DNA from: Dehalococcoidia bacterium
Lineage (GTDB): Bacteria > Chloroflexota > Dehalococcoidia > UBA2979
DNA length: 64,000 nucleotides
NCBI GenBank assembly: GCA_964291495.2
Contig: OZ219874.1
Span: 47,440 to 111,439 of the forward strand
Reading direction: 5' to 3'
Part shown: piece after piece, positions 63,170 through 64,000 of the stretch
How positions within the stretch are numbered: the stretch's first letter is position 1
How the letters are laid out: each line of letters begins with the position of its first letter
Position numbers and translations under genes: made by a program
Notes under the pieces: generated by a model
Seen by the model: the letters and a program-made list of their open reading frames with translations, nothing else
Told to the model about the DNA's origin: nothing
Database searches by the model: none

Positions 63170-64000
63170 ATGGACCCCGTCGAGCTGTTCACCCCCGAGT
63201 TCAAGCACGACCCGTTCCCCACCTACCGGATCCTGCGCGACCATCACCCGGTCTACCGCGATCCTCGCACCGGGGCGTGGCTGCTCAGCCGCTTCGAGGA
63301 CGTCTACGCCGCCCTTGCCGACCATGACGCGTTCTCCTCGGAAGACACGAGGCGGGCCGACTCGCGACTGGGGCCGCGGCGCTCGGCGCGGGTGCTGGTC
63401 GGGCAGGACCAGCCCGGCCACACGCGCATCCGGCGGCTGGTGAATCGGCCCTTCGCGCGCGGCGAGATCGAAAGGCTGCAGCCGGAGCTCGATGCACTCG
63501 CCGGCGACCTGCTCGACGCGGCCGCAGAGCAGCCGGTCGACCTCGTACCGGCGCTCGCGATCCCGCTCCCGGTGATGGTGATCGCGCGCGTGCTCGGCGT
63601 CGCCTCCGAGGACTACCAGCGCTTCAAGGCCTGGTCGGACTCCGTGATCGCCACCGACGCCCCGCCGAGGCCACCTCGGCGGCCGTCCGCGAGATGCACG
63701 CCCACTTCCGCGAGGTCGCCGCGCGGCGCCTCGAGGAGCCTCGCGACGACCTGATCTCGGTGCTGGTGCACGAGGAGCCCGAGGGCGGCCCGCTGTCCGA
63801 GGAGGAGCTGCTCGACATCTGCCAGGTCGTGCTCGTGTCCGGCAATCAGACCACGACCGCCCTGATCGGCAACGTGCTCAACATCCTCGTGGACCGTCCC
63901 GACCTCTGGGCGAGGCTGCGCGCGGACCGCTCGCTCGTCGACGCCGCGATCGAGGAGGGGCTGCGCTTCGACAGTCCGCTACAGCTGCTCTGGCGGCGCG
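63170..64000 (+). pseudogene. Cytochrome P450, frameshifted near 63656-63664 and truncated by the window end
   Basis: MDPVELFTPEFKHDPFPTYRILRDHHPVYRD..GQDQPGHTRIRRLVNRPF..; ORF 63170..63754 ends in Arg/Pro junk. The P450 sequence continues in the -1 frame from about 63664: AEATSAAVREMHAHFREVAARRLEEPRDDLISVLV..VLVSGNQTTTALIGN..IEEGLRFDSP. Confidence 0.75.

Overview
This is a very GC-rich bacterial chromosome segment. Gene content and promoter style fit a Chloroflexota/Thermomicrobia-like or actinobacterial lineage, but the taxon cannot be fixed from sequence alone. The window has two parts. (1) About 1-19.3 kb is accessory and partly decayed. It holds a divergent pair of paralogous surface-repeat proteins and two plant-type LRR lipoproteins. 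It also holds a 5'-truncated, multiply frameshifted IS256-family transposase abutting a truncated Fic gene, a frameshifted PD-(D/E)xK-like gene, and an orphan 3' half of tRNA-Glu(UUC). Further along are a RES/Xre toxin-antitoxin pair, a small-protein/retropepsin-like protease pair and several short intergenic repeat families. The part ends with a minus-strand operon (NurA-like nuclease, DUF4160-DUF2442 fusion, HerA-type ATPase), which has a 647-bp hairpin-rich non-coding gap on its upstream side. (2) About 19.3-64 kb is mostly housekeeping: a double CoA-transferase, a deacetylase lipoprotein, an SplB-like radical SAM protein, RNase P RNA and modABC. Then come yceD-rpmF-fabD-fabG-nusB-acpP, tatA/B-tatC, UDG, RNase J, ftsK and uvrB, followed by SDRs, MFS transporters and a RelE/HTH toxin-antitoxin pair. 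The rest is polA, mutM, panDBC, yebC-ruvC-ruvA, rarA, a thiolase/DUF35 pair and a frameshifted P450. The best candidate for an undescribed system is the NurA-like/fusion/HerA operon together with its adjacent non-coding region and flanking repeats. Many long ORFs in the supplied track are antisense shadows typical of high-GC DNA and were rejected. All family assignments come from reading the translations, not from database searches.
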